A DNA stretch of 64,000 nt. Origin: Mantamonas sphyraenae STR306. Taxonomy: Eukaryota; Protista; CRuMs. The position numbers and the translations under genes were made by a program. The stretch spans positions 1-64,000 of the forward strand of contig JAPMXV010000070.1 in NCBI GenBank assembly GCA_026936335.1. Reading direction: 5' to 3'. The notes beneath the pieces are model-generated. The model did not search any database. It was given only the letters and a program-made list of their open reading frames with translations, and was not told where the DNA came from. This document shows, one piece after another, positions 45,316 through 56,527 of the stretch (position 1 is its first letter; every line of letters begins with the position of its first letter).

Positions 45316-45897
45316 ATGGAAGCACTCGCCAACGAGGACGTCCAGGCAAAGATCCAGCGCTACGAGGCCTTCCTCAACGACACCCTCAAGGAGGAGCTGC
45401 GCTTGGTCATGCTCGAGCGGGACCAGGTCTCGGAACGCCTGAGCGCTTAGTACGCACACACACACACAAACACACACACGCCTGACCAGCAACCGACTCA
45501 CACTCAGCATGCGCTCCCTCCCGTCTCCCTCTCTCTCTCGATCTCTCTCTCTCTTCACAGTTCTGAGCTCAAGGCCGTGCTCGACACACTGCGTCGGAAC
45601 AAAGAGGCCGGCGTCTCTGAGCTGAAAACCATGGTGGACATCGGATCGGGTGTGTACATGCAAGCCAAGGCTGAACAGTGCGACCAAGTGTTTGTGGACG
45701 TGGGCTTGGGCTTCCACGTCGCCATGGACTACGACGAGGCTGACGAAGCCTGCGATAGAATGCAGGCCCACCTCCTCGACCAGCTCGAAGCCCTCAGCAC
45801 ACGCGCCAACCAGCAGCGTGCCAGGATACGACTTGTCCTCGAAGCCGTCGATGAGCTCCTTCGCAGCGATGCAGATGACGGCAAGCGGCGACGATGA
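45316..45897 (+). CDS. UXT: Alpha-type prefoldin-like protein UXT (intron 45450-45560)
   Basis: KIQRYEAFLNDTLKEEL; LKTMVDIGSGVYMQAK...VFVDVGLGFHVAM. Splicing converts TA|G to TA|T. Confidence 0.85.
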
Positions 45898-46076
45898 CCC
45901 CCGGTCTCCAATCCCCTCTCCAGCACTATGAAATTCACTGTATTCCACCCCCACACTCTCTGTCACATTCCGATACTCCGCGTTCAATGGCCCCGTTCTC
46001 TCTTGCACCTTGTCTCCTTGCAAATGCACCAAGCAAGCGCCGCGTGGCCCAAGCCGATTGGAACCGAACAGCCCCC

Positions 46077-49000
46077 ATGTCCACCACCACCGGACTGCCT
46101 TCGGTGCGCAAGGTCTCGTCGGTCAACATGGCCTTTATCTACCGCAAAGGGTACGTGGGGTCTCTCTGCCCGCACACTGTCCGCCTCCGTCTCCCGGTTT
46201 TCCTTCCGCTGACGCCGACGTTGCCCCCCACAGCCAAGCCGACACACTGCGCACCCCGAAACGCAACCCGCTGGTCAACAAACGCAACTACGCGTGGACC
46301 AAGTCCGAAGCATACGGCGACGTGCAGGTAAGCAATGCGTCCGGTCTTATCCGCCCCTCTCTGCGTTCTGGGGGGGCCCTCGGAAGAACGCCAGAAGTTG
46401 CCCGGTGGGATGGGGAAGCTTGTCCGAACTTTTTTTGCCCAAACCGCAACCCCCGACTCACGGCGCGGGTCGGCCGACCATGCCATCCACACAGAGAGAA
46501 CTGGAAGACTATTGGGAGTCCCAGGTGCACGACAAGTCGCTGCAGGAACTCGGTAGCCGCAATCTCAAGAAGCTGATCCGCAGCAAATCCGTCCCGGAAG
46601 CTTGGCGCAGGCGCATCTGGCTCCACGTCACAGGTGCTGTCCACCTCCTCGAGGAAAACCCTCATATGTACACCGATGCCATTGCGGCCACCTTTGGAGA
46701 CACGTACGTCACCATGCGCCCGCAAAAGGGCCCCTTTCCCCACACCGCAAATCCCTCTCGTTCGTCGCGCGTGGACTGTGTTTTTCGCCAACCCACCCCT
46801 GACGCAATCCTCACGCATCGTCCGCAACACGAACACACACACACACACACATCTCCACAGTGTCCCTCGACAGGTCATCAACGTCCCAGACTTTGGCTGC
46901 AAGGCCGATCTGGGCGCAAGTCTGCCGGCCAACATGACGGTCCACCGTTCGCCGTCGCTCGTCTCCTTGGCCAGCATGCGCTCCAACAGCATGCTCGGCG
47001 ACGTAGACCTGGACAAGGTGCTCAACAAGGCCGAAGCTGCCGCCCAATCTTCCTCCACCAAGACGACAGCCCACGCTTTGCGCAGCGAGGACCGCAGCGT
47101 CATGTCTCCGGCGTCCGGATTCTCCAAGTTTAAGCAATCGCGCAGCAATATGAACAGCATTGTGGACGAAAGTGACCTGGACGGCGTCGACGATGCGCAT
47201 GACAACAGCAGCAGCAGTGCTGGACAGGCCCAGAAAGTGGGCAACATCACAATCAAACCCCTGGACGACCAGGGCCAACACCTGCTCCCGACGGGCACAG
47301 AGGGTGAGGAGGACGAAGAAGACGCGTCCACCCTCGTCACCGATGAGGACGCTGCACACACCCACGAGGACCACCAGGACATCGACACAGACACAGACAC
47401 GGTGGCCACAGACGCAGAATACCATGATTCAGAGTCCAACGTGCCCGAGGCCGAGGTTTCTGACAGCTGGGTTGTCGTCGACGCCAGAGATATCATCATG
47501 CACACGCGTTCCCAACAGGGCGACGACGCAGAGGACACAGACACGGACACGTCAGCGTCGGTAGGAAGCGGCGGCGGCAGGCCTTCCATCGATCGTCCGC
47601 GCCTTGGCGACATCCCCACCATGGTGCGCCGGTCGTCCATCGACCTCACAGGCATCAACAGGCGGCGCATGAGCATGGAGGGCAAGCGGCCCGCAGGCGG
47701 CGGCGGCACCCTCACCAGCAGCAGCAGCAGCAACAGCCTGGCCTCCTTCGGACGCAATGACAGCGCACAGCTTGCGCGTGAGCGCTCCATCTCCGTCATG
47801 GAGTATTTTGAGAAGGAGGATGTGCTCCACCAGCAGGACCAGCCCTTCCTCTTCCTCTCCAGCAAGGGCATTGCCGCTGCACACAGACTGCTCGTTGTGT
47901 TTGCCCACGAAAACACAGAGGTCTCCTACTGTCCTGTGTTGCCCTACCTTGTCGGCTTCCTCCTCATCTACCTCGACGAGCCCGAGGTGTATGCCGTCCT
48001 GGACTGCCTGTACAAGGGCAAGCCCCTCAGTGGTGAGGACCAATGCCCGTACCTGCACACCACCGAGCAGGAGACAGCCGTGTTTGTGGAAACCTTTGTC
48101 GACCTGGTCAAGCTGCGCGTGTCGCGCGTGTACAAGCACGTCCACAACGACGAATCGGACATTCACCTGGACGAGTTTGCCGTCGAGTGGTTCACCCGGT
48201 TCTTCCTAGGCTCCATGCCGTTTGAGTGTGTCATGCACATCATGGACTGCTACCTCAACGAGGGCACCAAGATCCTCTACCGCATCTCCCTTGCCCTCCT
48301 CAAGGAATTCAAGAACGACCTTCTCGCTTGCAACGACTACCACAGCTTCCGTGTCACCCTCACTGAACTGTGCCACGACATGACCATCGAGCGCCTGCAA
48401 GACGTCCTCAAAACTGCCTTTGGCATCTATTTGTCTCGTGCACACGTCGACAAGCGCGACAAGAAGAACTGGGGCAACATTGCCGAAATCACTGCGCGGC
48501 TGGACACCCTGACCACAGTCGGCCATTCGGGCAACGGCGTCTACCGCAGACCACACCTCGACTGCAAGAGCAAGGTGTTTGACGAATACCTGCAGTTTGA
48601 GATGCTGTGGACGTGGCTGCCTGCAAAGATGGCCATCCGCGACGGGCGCAGGCTGTTCTGCACATCCGAGGATGGATACAGTCTGACGATGCTGTTTGAA
48701 AAGTGCAAGGGCAGTGGTGCGAACCTGCTTCTGGTGCGTACCATGGACCACCACGTGTTTGGCGCCTATACCAACATGTGCTGGCAGCTCTACAACCAAT
48801 TCAAGTACTACGGCAACGGAGAATGCTTCATTTTCACCATGGCGCAGCCACACCCGGACAACCGCCACCGCATGTTGTACACGCCCAAGAAGTACGAATG
48901 GTGTGGCGACAACCAGGATCGCTGCTTCATGATGAGCACCCGCGACTCGCTCATGATCGGCGGCAGTCGTACAGCCATTTACCTGGACAAGAATCTGGAG

Positions 49001-49111
49001 AACGGCAGCACGTACCAGTGTGCCACCTTCAACTCGCCCAAGTTGGTGTCGACAAAGAGCTCTGACTTTGTGGTCAAGAATATCGAGGTGTGGGGGTTTG
49101 CCAGTTCGTGA
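46077..49111 (+). CDS. TBC + TLDc protein, TBC1D24/Skywalker-like (introns 46151-46233, 46328-46494, 46704-46860)
   Basis: LKKLIRSKSVPEAWRRRIW; LSSKGIAAAHRLL...SYCPVLPYLVGFLL; IMDCYLNEGTKILYRISLALL; TLDc LFCTSEDGYSL...VFGAY...YYGNGECFIF...CATFNSPKL...IEVWGF. Confidence 0.88.
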
Positions 49112-49257
49112 GTGCGCGAGTGTGTGTGTTGTTTTCCACAAACGCAAATGCAACCAAGATTGTGGCACCGCAACGGGCGTGTGTGTGCTGTGTGTGTGCT
49201 GTGTGTGTGCTGTGTGTGCACCTACTCCCGCACCCAACGAACCAACAGAACCACTCC

Positions 49258-50106
49258 ATGTCCTCTTCCTCCTCCTCTTCCTCATCCAGCAACACGTTGG
49301 ACGTGTCGTTGGAAGACGGGGAGTTGTCCAAGTCGCTCGCGTACTCGTACGAAACTCTGGCAGAGGCGGTGGAGGAAGAGTTTGCTGAGGAGCTTGCCGC
49401 GCTTGGGCCAGAGAACAACGGAGGGCAGCTGAGCGTCAAGTACATGCAGTGTCTGCTGGCAAAGCGGGATGCACTGGAGGATCAGATTGCAGGCGTCATG
49501 GCGATGTTGGAAAGCAACGGCAACCCCGGCCTGGACGGCCCGCTGATCGATAGCCAGGGCTTCCCTCGCGACGACATTGACGTGCTGACCGTGCGCACAG
49601 GACGCAACGCGGTGGCCATGCTCAACACAGACCACAAGCGATTGACACAGGAAATCGAACAGCAAATGTATGCGCTTCACGCACAGGAGGCGGCCAAGGA
49701 GCAGTCTGAGGAAGGGTCGGAAGCGGAAGCGGAAGCGGAAGTCGCACAGAGGGACGAGATGGTGGAGGAGGTGACTGTGGAAGAGGAAGAGGGCAACGAC
49801 AATGCATTGAGTGTGGAGCACAAAGACACGCCGGCATGTGCGCGTGTGGAAACCGTGGCAGATGGGTCTCCAGCAGCAAGCGCGGGTCTGCAGGCAGGAG
49901 ACGCCGTCCTGCGGTTTGGTCAGGTGGACGCCAGTGTACAGTCGCAATCAGTGATGCCTGCCATTGCCAGGGAGGTGCAGAGTCACGAGAACCGGGAGGT
50001 GGAGGTGCTGGTGCGCAGGACTGACGGCCAGGTGCTGCAGCTGCAGCTGCGTCCCAGGAGATGGAGCGGACGGGGTACGTTGGGATGTTACATTGTGCCA
50101 GAATGA
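49258..50106 (+). CDS. PSMD9: 26S proteasome assembly chaperone Nas2/PSMD9 (p27), PDZ
   Basis: PLIDSQGFPRDDIDVLTVRTGR, VADGSPAASAGLQAGD, LRPRRWSGRGTLGC. Confidence 0.92.
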   Translation: MSSSSSSSSSSNTLDVSLEDGELSKSLAYSYETLAEAVEEEFAEELAALGPENNGGQLSVKYMQCLLAKRDALEDQIAGVMAMLESNGNPGLDGPLIDSQGFPRDDIDVLTVRTGRNAVAMLNTDHKRLTQEIEQQMYALHAQEAAKEQSEEGSEAEAEAEVAQRDEMVEEVTVEEEEGNDNALSVEHKDTPACARVETVADGSPAASAGLQAGDAVLRFGQVDASVQSQSVMPAIAREVQSHENREVEVLVRRTDGQVLQLQLRPRRWSGRGTLGCYIVPE

Positions 50107-50156
50107 GGGTTTGTTGAGCCCCCCCCCCCCAGGAAGACAGCGTCCACAGGTGGCCA

Positions 50157-51123
50157 TCATTCGGCGTTGTCGCCCTTCTCCTCTTTCAAACCAGCGTCCA
50201 TGGTCCACACTTGCCGAGCGATGTACAGATTGACAGCAAGCTGAATGAAACCACACATAACAAACTGGAACGGAGCAGCAGTGATGACAAAGTAGATGGA
50301 GTTGAAAGCCGAGCCGATAAGCCAGGAGGCAAGCAGCGAGTGCGACAACCCAATGGTGCTGTTGTTGACGTGGTTGCGGTACGCTTGGGGCACGCCCAGC
50401 ACACTCTCCAGGCCCAATGCCACCAACCCCAGACCCTCGATGTACCACCGTTGTGGCAGAAAGAGCAGCGAGAGGAGCGAATTGAAGATGACCAGCGCAC
50501 AGAAGTACACCACTGCAGACGACGCAGGGGCGGGACACACACACAGAGTGAGGGGATACATGACGCGCCGCGGTGTGGACGATGTGAAGCGGCGCATGGC
50601 AAGGTTTCTGTGTCAGCAGCAAAGCGTGGAGGACGGCGGAGAAACACTGTGAGGCGGCAGTTGAAAACGCACGATAGCTGATGTAGTCGTCCCAGGCCCA
50701 AAAGAACTGCCAATTCCAGTCTGTGGGAGGTGAGCAACGGTGCACGCATGCGTGTCAGCTTGTGTTGCAAAATGAAAAGGAGCTGTGCGCTTTGTCTGAG
50801 CCCCAATGGTGACGCAGTTGTCAAAACACACCAAAGATGCTGCGCTTCCGTCGCAGCTCGTCGCGCTTGCTGTCGCAGATGGCATGAAGGATGACCAGTT
50901 GGGTGATGATCATGAGTAGGGACTGCAGGAGCAGCGTCGAGTCAAACGGCTTGCCGAACCAGAAGAACACGCGCAACACGTTGCAGTTGAGCAAGATGAA
51001 CGACACCCACGGCGAATAGCCCTGCGCCCTGTTATTCATCAGCTCCCTATACTGTGGCACAAACCCGGCCGATGGGCCAATGGCAATCACCACGTCGAGC
51101 ACAAACTGCACCAGTGTGGCCAT
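50157..51123 (-). CDS. PQ-loop membrane protein, PQLC1/SLC66A2/Any1-like (introns 50721-50831, 50513-50672)
   Basis: GFVPQY...LRVFFWFGKPFDSTLLLQSLLMI; FFWAWDDY; LESVLGVPQAYRN...APFQFVMCG. Confidence 0.88.
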
Positions 51124-51230
51124 GCCGGCGGAACAAGCAAAGGAAAGAACCTGTGGCCCAGAAACCCAAAACTGAAATGGTTTGCCGCGCGCATCCCTTG
51201 CACTGCACTTCATTCCATTCTCTCTTCACT

Positions 51231-53467
51231 TCACTTCTTCTCATCGCCCTCTTGGCCCACCGTGCGGTCAAGCAGATCGCGGATGGCGTGCAGACTGCTG
51301 GCAATGTTCTCCAGGAACTTGGAGGTGTCGCGGCCGTACGAGGTGATGTTGAAGAGCATCTCGTTGTCGCGTTGTCCGTAGCCCACACCGTAGCCATCGG
51401 CCACAACAGGTCCAAAGCCACCGCCTTCGATGGCGTCACTGACGAGCGTGCTCGTGGACAGGATGTTGTGGTTGATCTTGGCGTATCCAGGGTCGGTGAA
51501 CAGCGCTGGCAGCTCACCGTCCATGTCGCCAGCCAGGTTCTTGAGGGCAAACAGGTGCCTGTCGAATCCCTTGCCCATGGAGCACGCCAGTTTGTTGTCC
51601 TCGTGCGCCTTGACTGCAGTGCGCAGCAGCTTCACGCGGTTCACATCCGTCTCGCTGCTGTTGTTCATGGCCAGCGTAAATGCCACACTCTCGGGTGTGC
51701 AGGGGCGAATGGTTTCCGTGCGGCCACGGCGGAAGGCAGCCGTGCTGGCACTCTCGTAGGTGGCGCAAGCCTGTCCCCACTGGTTGCGGTAGGCCAGCTG
51801 AATGGCCAGCTGCACAATGCCATCGGGCGACACCTTGGCCGACTTGAGTGCTTTCTTGCCAAAGTCGTCAAAGAACATGGTCTGGAAGTCCAGCGAGTCG
51901 ATTTGTGCGCCGATGCGAGCCGCGGCGCTGTCGATGGCTTTCTTGTCGTCGCTGCTCAGTTCCCACTGCAGCTGGTTGACCTCTGCCTGCTCGGGTGCCA
52001 CTGCACTTGCGTTGGGCACCGTGCTCATGGCCACCGTGTCGGCGTAGATCTCGTTGACCATGCGCAGCACGCAGACGCCGTCGCCCCAGGAGTGCTCAAA
52101 GTTGACTGCGGTCTTGCCGCGGCTGTCCACAATCATGTTGAAGCTCTTGTCGAACCAGCGGTTGGCCGGTGTGCCATGCAGGAACTGGCACGACGCCTCG
52201 GTCAGGGTTTCGTAGGCCACGTCGTCCAGCGAGAGGACAAACAGGGCGTCGTCCACAGCCTTGAGCGAGGCTGCGTTTGTGCTGTTGCCCTCCAGGCGTG
52301 CGCGTGCAGACGCCCACGTGTCACGTTGATCGGTCGTCAACACTCCCACAGCCGGTCCACGTGCCTGCTTGCTGGCGTGATCCTTGATGGCTGCCAGGGA
52401 CGAGGCAATGATATCCGGGTGGCGCGGCTGGCCGTTTTCAATCACACGCAGCGTGTACACATGGTTGTTTGCCATCACGGCAATCGTGTCTGCGTCCGGG
52501 TTGCGGTGCATCACGTCCTTGCCCTGTTGCGGCAGACGAGTGGTGCCAAACAGGCGTTCGTGCTGGCTCATGTCCAGCGGATACACCTGGTTTGCATATG
52601 CGTACAGCAGCGGCAACGGAAGCCACTGTCCCTGCACGGGTGCCTTCAACGGCAACATCGACGCAGCCTTGAGAGCAAGCGAGCCGTAAAAGTCGTCCGT
52701 CTTGGGGGCCGGGAAGCTCTCGGGCGACAGCGTGCCATTCTTGATGGCCAGGGCCATGTGGGCGGCAGAATGCACCAACGCTGCCGCACGCACAGCCTGC
52801 TTCTCCATTTCGCCACCGCGCGGGTCGTCGTTCAGCTGCAGGAACGGGTTAACGTTGATCGGCAGCGGCGAACGATCCGAAAAGTACCTGCGAGGGGCGA
52901 ACGACGGCACAGGTTGGGGCAGAGAGAGGGTGGGCAACACACACAAACACCCAGGCACAGAGACACAGTTGTGTGTGGAGTGGGAGTGCACATGCATGGA
53001 CACGGGTAGAAATGGAAACACGGGGGGGGGGGGGGGGATGATGGTGTGAGGTGGTGTGTCGCAAAAGCCCTCCGAAAACCTGCGCGCAGGGGCCGCCTGG
53101 ACAGGCAAGCACCTTGAGGCATGACGTACATGTGGTCCCAGAACGGGTTGATGAAGGAGTTTTGCGGGTCTGCGTTGTCGCGTGCAATGAGCTCCTGCTG
53201 CAGACGGTTGGCAACGCCTGTTTCGACAAAGGCGGCAGCGGCGGCTTTGGTGGCCGCGTGTTCAGCCTCGCTCTGGATGGCCGACACGCTGCGAAGATAC
53301 TTCTTCAGCGAGTCGTCCACCTCGGGGATGGGCAGACGCTGCAGATGCTCCTGGAAAAACGTGGACGGCACCGCCGACACGGTGGTGATGCCCGCCCGGG
53401 AGCCGACAACAGCTGCCGTCATCACAGCACTCGGGCTGCGCTTGGCCATGCCACTTCGCGAAAACAT
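51231..53467 (-). CDS. CPT2: Carnitine O-palmitoyltransferase 2-like acyltransferase (intron 52888-53129)
   Basis: FQEHLQRLPIP, YPLDMSQ, NRWFDKSF, NFEHSWGDG, TYESASTAAFRRGRTETIR, MGKGFDRHLFAL, LSTSTL, GGFGPVVADGYGVGY; presequence-like N-terminus. Confidence 0.92.
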
Positions 53468-53653
53468 CCTTGAGTGTGGGTAGCAAACGGTAACCTGCAG
53501 GGTTGGGGAGAATGGCCACACACCACAAAGCGCGCAACGGGTCAGCGGGTGATCGTGTGATCGTGTGATGCATGCATGCATTGCATGGAGATGACGCAGC
53601 AGAACCACTACAAACGAACACGAAAGGGGTTTGGGATGCGCCAGCCTGCGCAA

Positions 53654-53655
<2 letters not shown>

Positions 53656-53689
<34 letters not shown>

Positions 53690-53701
53690 TCACTCACTCA
53701 C
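53656..53701. repeat. (CA)n + (CACT)n microsatellite in the CPT2/FKBP divergent interval
   Basis: Direct reading; similar CA/GT tracts at 45455, 46833, 49179 and 55822. Confidence 0.9.
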
Positions 53702-53714
53702 TTGCACTCACGGA

Positions 53715-54269
53715 ATGGGTCGAAGGAAAAAGAAGGATGTAGGAATGACAGTGTCCAACGTAACGCCCGTCAACGCGCCGAGCCACAACATGGCCATGCC
53801 GGGCGACACCGTCCATGTCGCGTTTACGCTGTGGGCACGCAGTAGTGCAGACGACACATGGGTTGAGGTCGAACAGCAAGACGACGTCGAGTTTACCTTT
53901 GCCAATGGCGAGGTTGTGCGCTGCCTGGACGAGGCCGTCAGCCGAGCGGTGAGTGCGGACACGAGCGAGTGCACGGCTCTTCCTCCCATCCCCCAGCCTC
54001 GCTCACACACAAGCGTCGCCATTCGCATCCCCTCCTTCTTCCTACGTTGGTTACAGCCATACGGTGGCTCCTGTACAGTTGAAAGCAACCCATCGCACGC
54101 CTGGGGCGACCACGGCAACGACGTCGTTCCCGGTGGCTCCTTTGTCAAGTTTGACCTGAAACTTCTGCCCAAATCCACCGAGGATGAAACCAGCCGTGGC
54201 GGCCAATCTGCTGAAAGCCAGGCAACCAGCAGCTCCAGCAGCAGCAGCAGCAGTTCCGAATCCAAATGA
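53715..54269 (+). CDS. Divergent FKBP-type PPIase (probable in-frame intron 53949-54056)
   Basis: PGDTVHVAF, VEFTFANGEVVRCLDEAV, PSHAWG, VVPGGSFVKFDLKLL. Confidence 0.75.
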   Translation: MGRRKKKDVGMTVSNVTPVNAPSHNMAMPGDTVHVAFTLWARSSADDTWVEVEQQDDVEFTFANGEVVRCLDEAVSRAVSADTSECTALPPIPQPRSHTSVAIRIPSFFLRWLQPYGGSCTVESNPSHAWGDHGNDVVPGGSFVKFDLKLLPKSTEDETSRGGQSAESQATSSSSSSSSSSESK

Positions 54270-54494
54270 ATAGCTCGATCCAACTCCCCTTCCCCTCCGT
54301 TCCGACGCCAATTCACCCTTCCCCCCCTTCCCTCCCTCCCAACTGCGGTTCCATCCGCTGCCGCCGTCTTGTTGGCCTCAGTCCATCCGGCCATGCGCAG
54401 AGGCAGGCACAGCATCCCTTGGCCGTCCAAACCCCTTCCTCTTCCCCACACACGCACCCTTCCTCCTCATCAAAATTCATTCGCACATCCAAAC

Positions 54495-56459
54495 ATGAGG
54501 GAGGCGATGTACTCAGCTGGTCAATACCAGAAAATCCGCAAGCGCAAGCAGGAGGAAGATGCACGCAAGGCGGGCTGGCACAACTCGGACGACGAGGATG
54601 AGGACGACTTTTTCGACGAAGTGGATGTTGCAGGCGATCTGGCCAATGTCCAGGACTCCCTGCTCAAGGGTAAGTGCAATTGTGACCCATCCATGACTCC
54701 TCTGCATGCACTCGATCTCGCAACGGACTGCGTGAAGAGCCAGGCGCATTCTCCTCGCTGACCCCACCCGTCACCTGTCCTGCGCCCCGCAGACGAGGCA
54801 GTCGAAGATCGACCCGTCATCACAGAGGTCTTTCGCACCATCTACAAGAGCTTGGCCTTTCGTAGGCTCATTGTCATTGTCATTGTCCTCAATGCTGTGC
54901 TGGTGGGTCTGCAAACGGATCCCACGCTCAGCAAGGACCTTGCCGCAGAGTTTGACGTGATCGACTGGGTCATCCTCGGCATCTTTACCATGGAAATTGT
55001 GTTTAAACTGGGCGGCAAGTACCCTTACGTACGTGTGTGTCCATCCTCCCAACCCCTGCAAGCCCACGCCCGCAGCTCCTGCAAAACGGGTCGAAAGCGC
55101 GGCCTTTGTTTTCCCCTCTCGCCTCTCGCCGATTTTCTCTGACACCTCTGCAAACACACGCCCCCCTTTGCACCGCACCGTCCCGATCCTCCTCCCTCGC
55201 TGCAGTTCTACCGCTACTTCTTCTCCTTTGGCAACGTGTTTGACTTTGTCGTGGTCTTTGTGGGCTACTTCAACACGGGTCACGACGAGTTTGTGACGAT
55301 CCTGCGTACGGCCCGTCTTTTGCGAATCCTCAAGCTCTTCCAAGCCATGCCCGTCCTACAGCTGCTCACAGCCACTCTGCTCAAGAGTTTGCGCTCAATG
55401 GTGTCTGTCCTCACTCTGCTGGGCATCCAGTTCTACATCTATGGCGTCCTGGGCGTCTTTCTCTTTCGGGACAACGACCCTGTCCACTTCTCCGACCTGG
55501 GCATTTCCCTCCTCACCCTTTTCCGCTGCCTGACCCTCGAAGACTGGACCGACGTCATGTACATCAACATGTACGGCTGCAAGAACTACGGCTATGCGAA
55601 CAACCCGCACCGCTGCACACACTCTGATGCCCAGAACGCAGCCTCGGTCGTCTTCTTTGTCACCTTTATCCTGCTCGGCACCTACGTCATGCTCAACCTC
55701 TTTGTGTCTGCCATCATCACAAACTTCATGGAGGCCGAGGCAGAGATCCTTGAGCAGTACCTCGAGAAGAAGGAGGCCAAGGAGGCCAAGGACATGGATT
55801 CTCGCTTCAAGTACGTTTGTTGTGTGTGTGTGTGTGTGTGCCTGTCTGCTGTGCCCTTTGGCCACGCGGCTCCCGTCATGCTCCCAGCGTGAGCAGGTGG
55901 TCAGGCTCTCATTTCCCCTTTCCTTCCCTCCCCTCCGCATTCCCAGGCAACAGCACTAACCCACCAAACCCGCGTGTACAGTGAAATGACCAAAGCCATT
56001 GTGGGCAGCGTCAAGAGCACAAAGGATTCTGTGCGAGCAGCCACGTTTGGGCGCTCCAAATCCAAGTTCAGGACCGCCGCACGCGTGGCGGGCAAACTTG
56101 GAGGACGCGCACGCAGCGATGCAGACGCCGCCGACTCCAGCCCGCCCCTCAGCACAGAGGCCTCTCTGGACGACGAAGGTACCACCAGCACCAGCACTCG
56201 ATCCCGCAGTACGCTCTCCGCTTCCACATTCCAGCGGCCTGACGCAGAGCCTGAAGCGGCTGCAGACGACGCCGCCAGTGACGCTTCAGCCTCGCCCACT
56301 ATCCGTGGCCGACGCCAGCGTGGCAGGCGGCAGCGAGGCCTGCGCGCACCCGAGAGCGACGATGAGGAGGACGACGATGCCCGTTCCAGCACTCCCACAT
56401 TTGTCCTCAACCCGCCCCCAGAGGCAGATGAAGTCCATCGCAAGAATCGCGAAGAATGA
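54495..56459 (+). CDS. Single-domain (6-TM) voltage-gated Na/Ca-type channel (introns 54670-54792, 55029-55205, 55811-55981)
   Basis: S1-S3 (IVLNAVLVGLQT; IFTMEIVFK; GNVFDFVVV), S4 ILRTARLLRILKL, pore TLFRCLTLEDWTDVMY, S6 MLNLFVSAI. All three introns restore the frame. Confidence 0.9.
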
Positions 56460-56527
56460 CACTGCGAATGAACACGTGATTGATTGTGTTGATTGATGAT
56501 TGATTCTCCCTTCGCACTGCTCAATCC

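Noticed and set aside
45448-45450. In-frame TAG in UXT suggesting readthrough or a variant genetic code
   Set aside because: The G is the first base of intron 45450-45560; TAA, TAG and TGA all terminate genes in this window.
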